Source: Vezdaea acicularis (taxonomy: Eukaryota). From it: a stretch of 46,113 bases of DNA. Shown here in pieces: positions 9,611 to 22,139 of the stretch. Where the stretch lies: positions 1 through 46,113 of the forward strand of contig JAPEUI010000124.1 in assembly GCA_026025075.1 (NCBI GenBank). Reading direction: 5' to 3'. The translations under genes and the position numbers were made by a program. Within the stretch, counting starts at the first letter, position 1, and each line of letters opens with the position of its first letter. Below the pieces are notes generated by a model that was not told the origin of the DNA, ran no database searches, and was given only the letters and a program-made list of their open reading frames with translations.

Positions 9611-11991
9611 ATGAGTGCGACGCCTCCTGCTCGGCCTACAGGGCGAACTCCCAACGGAGGGCCTGCGCGGATACGGCGGCCCAATAACTCAGATCCTCTG
9701 GTCAAAAGAGGCCCTAGGAGACCTCCTGCTGTTCAATCACAAGCCTCGCTCAAAAAGCCCAATGGCGTCGCCTTCTCTACCCAGCCTCAAGCCCCTTCAA
9801 AGCCCTCATCGACCCTCTCTGGCGAGCGCAAGACACCTCAGCCCGATGCTAAGAAACCTGAGATGACGGCTGAAGAATACAAAAAGTATTACGACTCCCT
9901 AGAGCCATCTGGAACATATCAAGTAAGCACTACAAAGCGAGCTCTACGAGAAAGTTTACGGTACCACGTCGCGAGGTTGGCTACGAAGGATACTGTGAAT
10001 ATCATGGACGAAAAAGAGTTCACAAGGCCGGTTCGTTTACATCGACGCGATCCTCGAGCGCCTTTAGCAGGAATGGGCAATGCTGATGGGACCATAAAAA
10101 GCGAGGACACCTCAATGGCTGATGTCGACCAAGATGGCAATCCTATTGATGACAAAGAACGGGAAAGGCGAGAGATTGCTCGGCAGGAGAAGGAGGCTCA
10201 GAAGGAGGCAGACCTTGCTCAGATTGCACCGGCAGTTCATAGTGCGCAAAGCAACAGCCAGAAGAAGCCAAGGAATCGATTCAAGAAGAAAATAGAACCA
10301 GGGTACGTCGATGGTACGCCAGAGAGACAAGCGAAATCCCAGCTCCACTACGAGGAGGCATTACCGTGGCATATTGAGGACTTCGATAACAAGAACACCT
10401 GGGTTGGCAATTATGAAGCTCCCATGTCATCAACCTATTGTGCTCTGCGTCCGACTACTTCTGGATTTCAAATGATCCCCTTAGACAAGTGGTATAAATT
10501 CTCTTCAAACAATAAATTTAGGACTTTTACGATTGACGAAGCTGAGAAGCAAATGGCGTCGAAGCCTACTATGTCTGTTTGGGAAAAGAGGGACCTGGAA
10601 CAGAGGAAGGGGCAGATGGAGCGACAAAGAGCGCTCAAGTTCGGAAGAGGCTTGTTCCTTGGCAAATGGGACTTGGAAGAGGATGAAGGAAAGAGCACCG
10701 CAGCGAAGAAAGAAGAAGGTCTTGATGCAAACGCTTTAGACTTCGAAGAAGATCAGTTTGCAGATGATGAAGAGGCTCCTGTGATGGAGGGCGATGAGGA
10801 AGAGAACAAAGCACTGGAGGCCAGGATTAAACGGGAACAACTACAAGCAAACGTGTTTGATATAAAAGATGAGAAGGACTATGATAAAGAAGAAGCTGAG
10901 GAAGAGAAGGAGAACAAGCTCAAGGATACTCAAGGCAAAAAGGTGAAGAAAGCACTGCTGAAGAGAGAGAAGAACTACATCTACGACTCTGATTCGGAAA
11001 ATAAGTACGGCTCGTCAGATGTGAGTTAGTTCCAATCATATGTACTGGTCTATATGTGATCTTGGAAACTGAATTTGCTAACTCGCCTCAGAGCGATTCG
11101 GAAGATTCTGACGAAGAAAAGCAGAAAGAGGATGAGGAAAAGAAGATAGACGAAAAGAAGGCATCAGAGAGAGACAAGGCAAAGTTAAAAGAAAATTCAA
11201 AGCTACCTTCTGGTACCTCGTCGAGAGGCACTAACACACCCTCAGCCAAGACACAGCAATTTGAGACTCTCAAAAAGTCCATCTCAAGCAACAAACGGCC
11301 TGGATCTCCGAATCTCTCCGAAGCCAGTGGCACTGAATCAACTCGTAAGAAACAGAAAAAGAAGCATTCTTCTTCACAGCCAACTGCATCTTCCACCCCG
11401 GCCCCTGGCTCACGAGCGCATTCTCCGGGCCTGCCGTCCTCATCAGCACCTATGCAGCGCAAATCTTCCATCGTCAGGCTCACAGTCGATAGTGAAGCCC
11501 TCAACAAAGTTACCTCCATTCCACCCAAGCCAAGTGATAGTAGCCATCGTTCAGGTGCTATGTCAGGTAGTGATACTGAGATGACAGGCGCCGATATGAG
11601 CGATGGCGGAAGGAGGAGAATAAAATTGCGTGTGGGCGGTTCACCTAAAGACAGAACTCCTGCCGGCTCCCGCGCCAGCAGTCCGCAACCACAAGTTACG
11701 CGCAGGGACTCGGTTGCAGCGATCGGCAGCCGAGCAGGAAGCCCTGCAAATTATAGTAAGTCGGCGCAATATGTGATGACGTCTCATCTGCTCACAATAG
11801 AAGCTCCTGTTGCAGATCAAGACCTGCTTGAAGCGATACCCAAGGATGGCATAGCAATTGCTACACTTTTTGCTGCATTTAGAGGCCGACAATTAGATAA
11901 GCAAAGAGCTTTACGGGTCCTGGTTCAAAATGCTGTCATCAAAACAGTGGACGGGAAGAAGGTCATATATCCCAAAGGGTACGCAGGTTAA
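9611..11991 (+). CDS. TFG1: Transcription initiation factor IIF alpha subunit (Tfg1/RAP74); exons 9611-11020, 11092-11755, 11801-11991
   Basis: FTRPVRLHRRDPR, YEEALPWHIEDFDNKNTWVGNYE, FQMIPLDKWYKF, TIDEAEKQM, acidic FADDEE region and short C-terminal winged-helix-like segment. Introns 11021-11091 and 11756-11800 are GT-AG and frame-consistent. Confidence 0.9.
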
Positions 11992-13095
11992 TCAATAGGC
12001 ACATACTAAAATACCAACAAAGCCCAACGCTACGCATAAAACATGTGCTCCAGACAAGCTTGCGGCAAACCAAGTGTCCTAAGAGGCCAAGGAGGCGATT
12101 CAATGATGACCCTCGCTCTGATATTGTTAGGCTTTTGATATAGAGGGTTAAACTGTTATAATCCCTGTCAAGCCCACAAGATCATATGCGCCAACTGCCT
12201 AAGAGCGCGCTTTTGAAGGTAGAGAATCTAGCGACCCTCGAAGGAAGTGATTCTAGTGCTCTCTATCACGTGTATCATGGTAGGCTAAAATACAAGCATA
12301 AGATCACTGGAAGTGTTGACTTGAACTTGTTATTTTTGATTTGTTTCCTAGACAAATGATCGCGTGCAGTCGATCCGGCCATTGAAGCTTGAAACACCAA
12401 ATATCGCCTCGGTGTTTTCAAGGGGCATGGCTTGAGCCTCTATCGCGTTTCAGAGGTGCTAGTGCCTTCTAATGGTCTGAGGTATTTCTTCCAAGCCTTC
12501 TTCCTGCACGTGAGACGAGTCTCCATAATGTGCGCAAGTCTGACGACACAAATCTCTCCCAAGTCTGCTAGAAGGATGTGGTGTGAGCCGATTACGGGAT
12601 GTCGTTCGTCACTAAAATTTTGTCGCTAACCTGGGAGGAGGCCATGCTTTCCCTTAACTTTAGGACCCGTTCCAATCCTTAGGTCATGGCAATAATCCCA
12701 ATCTCTTATTGGATTAGAAAGAGAGGGGGGACAATAGAGTTTAAAGTTCCTGGCAGCCTTTGTGATGTTGTTGTTCCCTTTGCCCTTCATATTGCCTCAA
12801 GCACTTCACGCAAGGTAGACTGTGCTGCCAGGCCTGTCAATGCAAATCAACCTAGAACCCCCAGCGTCATTTTGACCTTTCATCTCCTTTCAGATATCCC
12901 AAACCCTGTTCGGGGATATCCGGCTCGCGATGGTGCTCGTGCTCTCGAGTTTTAAAAGGAAGCCCACTCCCACCTGGCCTCAAAGCTCCCGATTTTGTTT
13001 ACTGCTTATCATTTACTCGCACTTCAGCAGGTTTATATTTAAAAACATTTATGCAATTGTAGAGCCAGACCTACAATCATTTCTATCTTCTCAAT

Positions 13096-14445
13096 ATGTT
13101 TGCCTTGTGTTCCATTGCAGCCTGTCTACTGGCAGTCTCTGTGGTGAAGGGATTTCCACTTTATAATACGACCGACCCCGAAAGTCCATACCAACGAGAT
13201 ATCCTCTGGGTTGGTGGAGATTACCAAGGGGACAACACTACCGGGCAGCACAATTATGTAGGCCAGATGTATGTTGAAAAACTCACCCCTGTTGCTGGTG
13301 TAACGCACCCAATTCCGTTGGTTTTCATATCGGGTGGGGGGCAAACTGGAGCTGTAAGTATCCTCTGTGTCACAGAATCCGAGATGAGTGGCTGTCACTT
13401 ACAAATCTCCTAGTTATGGCTCAACACCCCAGACGGCCGCACAGGTTGGGCGACTTGGTACCTTCAGCAAGGCTATTCGGTCTATATAGTTGACCCCACC
13501 TACTCTGGTCGGTCAGCCTATGACAACGCGGTGAACGGTGCTTCTGGACAAAACGTAATTCATGCCGAGACCATCGAGAAGTATTACACGGCGACCGCTT
13601 CGTTCTCTAACCAGTCCTGGGCCCAGGCAGTGAACCAGACCCAATGGCCTGGCACAGGTAAAATGGGCGACCCCACATTTGACACTTTCGCAGCGTCATT
13701 CTCTCAAGACGGTGCTCTATACAACACCGTTGCCGAAGAGCTCGCCATGCAGAAAGCCGGCGCTGCCCTTCTCGACCGCATTGGCAATGTGATCTTAGTC
13801 TGTCATGGCCTAGCTTCCGTCCACGCATACTTGATTGCAGACGCACGCCCCCAACTTGTTGAGGGTATAACGCTCCTTGAAAGCGCCGGTCCCCCCTTTG
13901 AGGATCCGACAGGTCTCCAAGGCCAAAATCCGCGTCCATACGGCCTAACAGATGCCCCTATAACTTACAATCCACCCGTTTCCGACGCTAGTCCCTTAAA
14001 CTTCTCTCGTACCGATCAAAACGATAATAGCACCTCCTTTAGCTCCTGCTTGCATCTCGACAACTCCTCCCGCCGCAACCTCACAAATCTCCACAACATC
14101 CCTATCCTGATCGTCACAGGCGAGGCATCCTTCCTTGCCCCGTCTGAGCACTGCAACATCGAGTACCTGAACCGCGCCGGCGTCAACGTTACATGGTGGT
14201 ACCTTCCCAACCATGGCTATAACGGGAACGGATACTATTTCCCCATTGAGATGAATAACCTGGGTATCGCGAATCTGACAGAAAAATGGATCGGCGGACT
14301 CTCTGGAACATATAACCCATTGGAACCCACCCCTAATCAAACTTATCCATTCACAACCAAGGCAGTATCTATGCCTACTTCGATCAGCCCCGCAGTCACG
14401 ACGAGTAACGTAAGTGCTCCCGAAGCGAGCCCCATAAGAAGATGA
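13096..14445 (+). CDS. Secreted alpha/beta-hydrolase-fold protein, probably catalytically inactive; exons 13096-13353, 13414-14445
   Basis: Signal peptide MFALCSIAACLLAVSVVKG; family motifs GQMYVEKLTP, GGGQTG, WLNTPDGRTGWA, TQWPGTG, LLDRIG, GPPF, YGLTDAPITYNPP, ILIVTGEAS; many N-x-S/T sequons. Intron 13354-13413. The 3' end is uncertain because of a possible donor at 14410. Confidence 0.85.
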
Positions 14446-14959
14446 CCGTGTTGTGTCTCGGCTTTGTGAGGAGCGTATAGACTAAAAGCATTGCTTTATT
14501 AGACTTAAGGTTTTGCAGTCTCAGACTGAGATTAGCATTTCTACCTCTGGGCTTGTAATAAGGAGTTAAGGGGGGGGGGGGGTTGTTTTTCCCTTCTACA
14601 AATTCCATGCTGTTATCTGCAATAGAGCACAGGCCCCAAGAATAAAGTATGTATTCAAAAAATTTCACCAAAGTGCGGAGTGGGGAGACGGGGTGATGGT
14701 GATTCATCTAGATGTGAAAACTGTGATCACATGGACCCTATAAAGACGCGTCCTCCATTGCGCAGGTAATCCCAATGCCTGGAGTGTTAATCGCCAGAAA
14801 AAATGCTGATGGGAATAAGAGAATTAACTAGATCAACGTGGCTCTAATTGCCGCACCCATGGAGAACACTAACTCAATGCGTATGTGCAATGCAGCTGAT
14901 CGATTGGCGGAACTGTGCATTATCCTTTCCAACTTTTCCTTTCAGACGTGTCGGGCATG

Positions 14960-17110
14960 TCATAGTGAAGCCTTAATCTCTTGGATACGTTCGTAAAACT
15001 CTCTGCCATAGGCTGCATTGCTGATCTGCGATTTTCCAGAAACATTAGTCAATCCATGTGTATGGGTTTAGAAGACGGGATGACTTACTCTGATTGACGT
15101 TAGTACCATCTTCCCACCGTCAAATACACTGAAGATGAACTGCTTGTACTCATTCTTAGCACTAATTTCCATTCCCTTGAATATGGGCGCGTTTAAGATC
15201 ACTCTCATAACTCCATCACTACGCATGAGTAGCCGTGGTTTTTTCCTCGGCTTTTCTGTGCGAGCCTCGTCTTCTTTCGCAGCCTCTTCCTCCTCAGAAG
15301 GTGTGTCTGGATCAGATTCATAGCCAACATTAATGACTTCGTCAGGAATATTGAGCTTCAGAATCCCTGTTCCACGTTCTTTCCATGCTTTAGTGTTTTC
15401 CTTACTGTTAGGACTTGGGTCATCAATTTCAACCATTTGAAAAAGCTTGGCGCGACAGGAGAAAGACGTCGTTTCGCCATCTTCTCCAGTTTCGACTGCC
15501 GACCGTCAGCTTTTATGCATTAGCTAATGATGAATATAGCGAACCTTCCTGTGGGCGAAAACGTTTGTCCGGCTTTGGTTCTTTCAGATCTTTCCCACTA
15601 GTACCTTCACCACCCTCACCACCAGTTTCGGATTCTTCACCGCCAGATGAAGCAGATTCATCGTCCTCATTTGCAGGTGCTCCGAAGGGGACCGGGGGCT
15701 TCTCACTTAGTCCAATGATGCCCGTACTTCCACCTGATCCAAAACCTTTTAAGCCACCTCCAAAGGAGCCGCCAAAACCTCCACCTAAGCTTCCAAATCC
15801 TGATGAAGCGGTCACAAAAGGTGAAGCAATGGCAGTGGTGCCGCTACTGAAAGTTGCTGGGCCAGAAGCAAATGTGCCGCTTCCAAACCCAACGGTCGAA
15901 GGGCTTAGAGGCTTTGTATCTGACCCTAGAGGTGTGAACGAGGGTTTGCCCGGTGGAGGCGATACTGGTGCAAACGGAGATGCTGTCGAAGCGCTTAAGG
16001 CGCCGAAGCCCGATGCTGCAAATGCAGAGGTAGATGTTTGAGACGTCTGGGTGGAGGCTCCAAATGTACCCGATCCAGCGCTTCCTGGAGCCTTAGTGCT
16101 AGCAAGAGTACCGAAGGGAGATACCGCGGATGCATTTGCGAAGCCACTCGACAAGGGAATCTACATAATAAATTCAATTGGGTGTAGCATATATTATCAT
16201 TGGCTAAACTTACTGTTGTCTTCGCTGCTTGCTTCGCTTCTCTATCATGGTCGTCTTGGGAAATATCTCGGTGCCGTTTTGCCTCCGGCTTCTCTCGTGT
16301 AGCCCGGCTAGACTGTACAACTCGATCGGTTTCCATCTCTAAGGACTTTCTCTGCTCCTCTTCCTCAGCTGCGATCCTGGCAACACCCTCCGCAGCATCA
16401 TCTTGTTCTAGCTGCTCATGGCTTCGCTTCTTCTTAGGAGATACTAGCTGTTCTCGAGAATGGTCCATGACATCATCCTGGTCAGGCGTCTTGCGAGTAT
16501 TTTCATCTTCATGCTCTGTGATACCATCATCACTCATAGACTTATCATGGTCAGGATCTCTCGAAGAAACCTGTAGACTGTCTCTTTTCTTCTTAGCTTC
16601 CCGTCGGTCCGCTGATCTGAGAGACTTGCTTCGCTTTCGTACATGAGTCTCCTGTGATGGTAACACCTCGGTGTTCGGTCCTTCTGTGGTTGTGATACCT
16701 TGGTCTTCCTCGTTTAAATCATCGAAGCTTCGCTTCTTCTTAATCTGAAGAGGTCGGCCCCTCAACTCTATACCATTGCTGAGTTCTGTGTCGTCTTGTT
16801 CATTCTCAGGCTCTGTAGGCAGTTTATGTGGTGATTCAGCCGCACCCACTCTAGGTCTAGAGCCCTCTGTTTCTCCATCTACCTCTACGTCATCGTCATC
16901 CAAATCCGTCGATGCAACAAGCCCATGTTTTGGTAAGGCATTGATACTCGTTTTTTTGAGCTTCTCTCGTACTGGCCCTTCATTGTCTCCCTCGCTTGCG
17001 TCGCCGGCTTGCCGGAAATCCTTGGATATGGTAGATTCTTGTGTTTTCGTGGGCTGGGTAGAGCTCGATACCCGCACAGACGATGCCTCCTCACCATCTA
17101 TTTCAGTCAT
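14960..17110 (-). CDS. RanBP1 (Ran-binding) domain protein with FG-rich segment, Yrb2/Hba1/Nup2-like; exons 17110-16214, 16160-15545, 15495-15089, 15025-14960
   Basis: Spliced product contains VETGEDGETTSFSCRAKLF...WKERGTGILKLN...RLLMRSDGVMRVILNAPI (RanBD), preceded by SGFG/GFGG repeats and basic NLS-like KKKRS clusters; three frame-consistent GT-AG introns. Confidence 0.88.
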
Positions 17111-19075
17111 TTTAAGGTGGTTGCAGTACAGGATAATATCCCTTCGTTATTTGACTAGCAAACAAAGATTGAGGTGATAGTCGAATCGCGTTTTGGTGTA
17201 GCTAGGGCAGTCACAGTTTGCTGCCTACAGAGTTCTTGGGCCCACTTGTTTAATCGCCCTCAAAAATCCCCCAAGAAACCCTTCTTCTTGTATCTTGATA
17301 TAGCAGATTTGAGAATGACGCCTATGTAGACTCTGAGAAGCTCGAATAAGTCAGTGACGATTCTGGGGTTGACAGCCGAGGGGCGCACAGGTCCAGAGGA
17401 TCGTACCCGGAGGAGGTGAGGCAGGGAAGAAAGATCGTTGGATTGCACTGCGATTCTAAGGAGAAAAGGCTGAGGTAACAGCGGGTACCCCCGGAGTGAG
17501 TCGTGCCGTGTAAGCGTAGATAGTGCTCAACGGTGAAAAGGGAATCGAGTGATATCGGTGACGAATATCGTCACCGCAACTTCACGTTAGGACCAGCAAG
17601 TGTGAAGAAGCACCACCAAGCAATCCCTGCTTCAAGGTGCATCAAAGATTGACGAGTGCAGAAATAGGCTTGAGAAGAGTTTGGAATGTCACGGCCGCAA
17701 AGATGCCAGACAAGCTGCTCTGTAATCTTTGTCCATGTAGTTAGAGACGAAAAATGTCACGAACATGTGGCACGCTGGTTCAGCGATAATTCCAGCGCAC
17801 AACTGACGACTACGGCGCGACTTTGAGGAATGTGCAGCGAATACAGTGTCCCAATAGATATTCTAGGACGATTGATAGGCTAATCTATGTAACTAAATTA
17901 CTGTTCATTAAACGATTTGTGCTCCATGATTGCACCGTCCAGCACATTAGCTGGGCTATCGAGGTGGGGCGTGCATGACCGTTGCAGGGATCTCTTTGTC
18001 CCCACTTACGACTGATTTGACGTGCGTGCCCAAGGTGTAGCCTTAAGCTGTAAGCGTACGTAGCAAACAATTGAAAGACTAAGTCAAAGCTTTTGCCCTG
18101 AGATTTCCCCCAATTTTCTCTGACCCCTACTTGCATAACATTCTCATGTTCTCGTCCGGGCCTCACTAGACTGTTCCCTTCCAAGCTTAAACCTGTCATT
18201 CACGCATACTCCGCCTGGGGCTAAATCCAAATAATTTAGGTTCTAGGGTAAAAATGTGACCTCACGTGCTAGAAAAGGTGACCATATCCCTTAGGTATTG
18301 ACAGATATTCTCGAGGTATTGAATATCCTCCTGTGGGTCCACCCCTAAACCGTTCAAATGGAGCCGGGGTCTGCGCTTGAAGTAAGGGATGAGACAAGGA
18401 TGACCATAACGACACGAGAAAGTCCACAAAGTTACTCTTCTGGTGGACATTGCGAACCGCCATTCTGAGAATTGGTTGGGTATTGCGAGTTAGGATGATA
18501 ATCAGCATGGGTTTTCAATCCAATTTGGGCAAACAAATTGGGTGACCGCTGTGTGTAGTTCGACACGAACAATAAGGAGGAGTGACCGGACACTGCTCTG
18601 ATATCAAACCTCATGCTTGAATAGACTGATGAAAAGGCTGGCACCTTGACGCCTGCGGGTATTAAGGAGGCCGTTGAGAACGCGTGTTGACACATACGTC
18701 CTTTTTAAAACGACTGTTGACATAATACAGGCCGATCATTGCGATAAGACAGGACTACATCTGAAATGTAAGTACTTGCGACGTGCATTTTCGGATAAAA
18801 ATATCTTCATGATCTTAAAGCATGACTTAGTACACGAAAGGCAAGGATTTTTTTTCTTTGGGTACCCATGTGAGTCATCCAGGTTTATCAGTGTGGATGT
18901 TATACGATCATGATGCACAATATGAGTTATCTTGGTCGCATAAGTTAATCCACAGATTCCTTCTGTGGCACTCAACAGGGCAATTATGACATGCTAGAGC
19001 TTGCCATGCAAATCTTTAGTGTTACATCTGAGGATTAAGAGTCATGGCCGCTATGGTAACATTGTCTGCCTCTTC

Positions 19076-21817
19076 CTAATCCTCAGCAGGTGGAAAGAAT
19101 CCGCCTTCTTCATCCCGCTTGAATCCGCTCGTCTCGACGTCTTCGTCGGCTTTCGCTGAATCTATTTTCCGCCTTTTATTGGTGAATGGATTTATCTTGT
19201 CCCTCGCCGCCTCACCCAAGTCCCTTCCATATTCCTCTCTAACTCTCTCAACTATCCTTAATCCCATTAGGAACTTCCTCCACAGAGCTAGCGTGGCTTT
19301 TTGCCGCTTTTCATCTTCTTTCCTCTGCCTTTCCACCTCCTCTTGTCTCCAAACGTCCATCACATTCTCTTCATGCTCTTCAGCAACCACTACACCCTGG
19401 ATGACAGGAACCGCCCGCTGAGCTCCAAACTCAAACCCGGTCACGGCTTCTGCGTAGTCAATATTGAGACGCTGGCAGATCTTGGCGGTGCGTCGGTACG
19501 GAATATGAACTGCACCCTGTGGGACCATCGTAGGTACGAAGCAATCCATGTTTCCATAGGCGTTTTTAGGGATCACGCCGTTTTCAATCGGAGGCGGGAT
19601 GATCCAGTCAGTTTGAGTTTTGGCGTATAGACCTTGTTGGACTTTGCCGCCTTCAGCCTCCGCTTGCTCGATCTCTCGTTTCCGAGTCAAAGTCACAGCA
19701 CGCATGGGAACAAACTTGAGGGGCTGTTCACCCTCCTTAATACCCCGACCTTCTTTGTGCCAACTTTCAATAGTCTTACAAGGTACCACATGCTTGCGAA
19801 GAAAGACCTTGTCTTCTTTTGCTTTATCACCTTTGCCTGATTTGAATGTCTTCACATGTTTTGCACTAGGAATCAGGGCTTCTTCACGTCTTAAGTGACG
19901 TTCCAGTACAAACTTAGCAGATGTCTTATACCATTGAAGCGTCTCCGTAGCGACTTTGGCTTCCTTCGTGGCATTTGCTGGCTTTAAATCCGTCTGCTCC
20001 TCAAGGTCGTCTACAGCCGTGCGCAGTTTTGAGTCTCGCGCATATCCAGACATGACTTTCTTGAACCAGTCAAGCTCTTCGTGCTTTTCGATCTTACCTT
20101 TAGAGTTGTAGACTGGCATCTTCTGAACAGGCATCCGTATACCTTTCGTCTTTCCCGGTAGAACGCGCCGTTTGAGATAGCGGACTGTCACGTCTTTCGC
20201 CGTGCCGTCTGCAGAATAGGCTACGACGTAGGCCATGACCTGCCTAGCGTTCTCCGCAGCTGCTCCTCGGGGCTCAAAGGCAGACATAAGCTCGGCCGTG
20301 TTTGCAACAGTTGACGAGACAATCGCATCGACCGGAATATACTGATTTGTGACAGGAGAGAGAACCTCAGTCCAGTATATGGGGAAGGGTAGGTCCTTGT
20401 CAAAAGTTGTGGGCGGTGTTTTCTCTGCTGTTTTGGGGGTAAGGTCCACAACCGATTCGTCATCAGTCTCTGATGGGTTTCCTTCATCTCTAGATTCACG
20501 GAGATCAATCGCGGCACCTTTAGCCCGGATACTTTTCCGCTTTATTGTAGTCTTTGTAGGCAGTCGTGATTTTCTAGATTTCCCCTTTCCCGAATTAGGT
20601 ACAGCCTTGACTTTGGTTACACCATTCTCGTCCTCCGAGCTTGTCGCCCCTCCAGGATCTAACCTAGTCGTCTCTGACGTGTTCATTTGGATATTAGGCT
20701 TTCCCTTCGGCAAAGCTTCATCCGCTTTAGACCAGCCAAACCCGATAGGCTGTAAGCTTGCGACAAGCCTCGCTTCTAGTCCGATGCTCCTGAGCATTGC
20801 AGTGAAGAACTGGGCCCCTACATCCCTGCTCCCTTCACACTTCCTAGCAAGCTCGCGGAACTCGTCAATATCTCGAATGCGCTCTCCATGCAACAGAGCA
20901 TTATGTGTACCGTTGTTGAACGAATTAAGCTCGAATCCAATTTTTTCAAGAGGCTTGTAGCCTTGCTTTCGAAGTCCGGGAGCGGTAATTCGAAATCGCT
21001 TCTTCCAAAATGCAGATAGGATCTTAAGCAATCGTATTAGTGGATCACCACGACTGAGATCTGGCTTGCCTTCCTCCTGTCTCTGTGCAGCGTGACTCCA
21101 GTCACGATCATTCCTTGTACCTGCACGAGTCATCCTCTTTTCTCTCCCTTTCGATTTGTCCTTCTGGGGGCTGTCCTCGCTCTTAGGCTGAATTGTGATT
21201 CCCGAAGCTTGTTTCCATCGGACGATCTCTTTTTTGATCCCTTCAGGAAGGAGTGAAACCATTATTTTCTGGACTTCGGCATCAGATATCCAGACATTTC
21301 TGAGGAGATTGTGGTATAGGAGAAACTGCACATGCATACAATGCGTTTGTATCCTTATTTGGCGCTCGATCTTGCTTGGTCCCTTCGTTCCTCTACCTCG
21401 GTCCAAGAGAGTAGGGGTCCGCTGTACTTCACCCAGCACTAGCTCAAGGATTCCAGATGGCTCTGGACCGACAGTAGAGCCAGCCGAAGCATTGAAGGTG
21501 AATGCGTCTTCCCATTCAGCTTCCTCGCTGTCGCTTTCGTTTGCTGTGCTTGGGCCCTGGCCCCGCAGCTCTGGTGGCTCCACATCTTCGAATTCCGAGC
21601 TGCTGATATCACTAAGCTCAGAGTCGCTGGAGGCATCATTAGTTACCTTAGAGCTTGAATTATCACCTAGATTGCCCCGCGAGTTGCTAGACTTCCCTTG
21701 CGGGCGGACGGGACTGGTCGCAGCTGCTCTTTTGCGTGGGGCACCTTTTGGGGCAAGCTTCGGAATGGACGGAGGTGAAGCGCTACGGCGTCTCTTTCGA
21801 GGGACAAAGGGGGGCAT
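19076..21817 (-). CDS. RAD4: DNA repair protein Rad4/XPC family
   Basis: Transglutaminase-like segment (GSRDVGAQFFTAMLRSIGLEARLVASLQP, YWTEV, AKDVTVRY) and beta-hairpin domains (FVLERHLRREE, QGLYAKTQT, IPKNAYGN, MVPQGAVH, YAEAVTGFEF). First ATG at 21817. Which Rad4 paralog is not resolved. Confidence 0.92.
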   Translation of the reverse strand: MPPFVPRKRRRSASPPSIPKLAPKGAPRKRAAATSPVRPQGKSSNSRGNLGDNSSSKVTNDASSDSELSDISSSEFEDVEPPELRGQGPSTANESDSEEAEWEDAFTFNASAGSTVGPEPSGILELVLGEVQRTPTLLDRGRGTKGPSKIERQIRIQTHCMHVQFLLYHNLLRNVWISDAEVQKIMVSLLPEGIKKEIVRWKQASGITIQPKSEDSPQKDKSKGREKRMTRAGTRNDRDWSHAAQRQEEGKPDLSRGDPLIRLLKILSAFWKKRFRITAPGLRKQGYKPLEKIGFELNSFNNGTHNALLHGERIRDIDEFRELARKCEGSRDVGAQFFTAMLRSIGLEARLVASLQPIGFGWSKADEALPKGKPNIQMNTSETTRLDPGGATSSEDENGVTKVKAVPNSGKGKSRKSRLPTKTTIKRKSIRAKGAAIDLRESRDEGNPSETDDESVVDLTPKTAEKTPPTTFDKDLPFPIYWTEVLSPVTNQYIPVDAIVSSTVANTAELMSAFEPRGAAAENARQVMAYVVAYSADGTAKDVTVRYLKRRVLPGKTKGIRMPVQKMPVYNSKGKIEKHEELDWFKKVMSGYARDSKLRTAVDDLEEQTDLKPANATKEAKVATETLQWYKTSAKFVLERHLRREEALIPSAKHVKTFKSGKGDKAKEDKVFLRKHVVPCKTIESWHKEGRGIKEGEQPLKFVPMRAVTLTRKREIEQAEAEGGKVQQGLYAKTQTDWIIPPPIENGVIPKNAYGNMDCFVPTMVPQGAVHIPYRRTAKICQRLNIDYAEAVTGFEFGAQRAVPVIQGVVVAEEHEENVMDVWRQEEVERQRKEDEKRQKATLALWRKFLMGLRIVERVREEYGRDLGEAARDKINPFTNKRRKIDSAKADEDVETSGFKRDEEGGFFPPAED

Positions 21818-22139
21818 CTTGTCAGCCAATTTCCCGAAGGAGGATATAGGAAGTCTAAGGCTAAAACCTGAACTTCGAAGGATATTGAAAGTGACTTACA
21901 GTGTTGCTAAGAGGTAGAGAATAAAAGCGGCTCGTTAAATAGAGCCTCTCCCGGTGGTGACGTCGAACGCGCCGCGCCTGAACAAAGTTTGGACTCGTCT
22001 CTATGCGGATCTTCCTTTGTCAATATTCAACTCAAGTGCCGCCATTCGGCTTTAATGCGAAAGAACGCATTACTACGCCCACAAAGGTATCGAAACGTGT
22101 GACCAGTTTCGGAAAGCCATTTGCGACAAAGCGGTTCGG

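Noticed and set aside
12893..12920. GATATCCC...GGGATATC inverted repeat
   Set aside because: A single 8-bp stem with no flanking TSD or other MITE/ncRNA features; plausible by chance.
19119..21917. Several long plus-strand ORFs within RAD4
   Set aside because: Antisense shadows of the coding strand; Ser/Phe/Leu-rich with no motifs.
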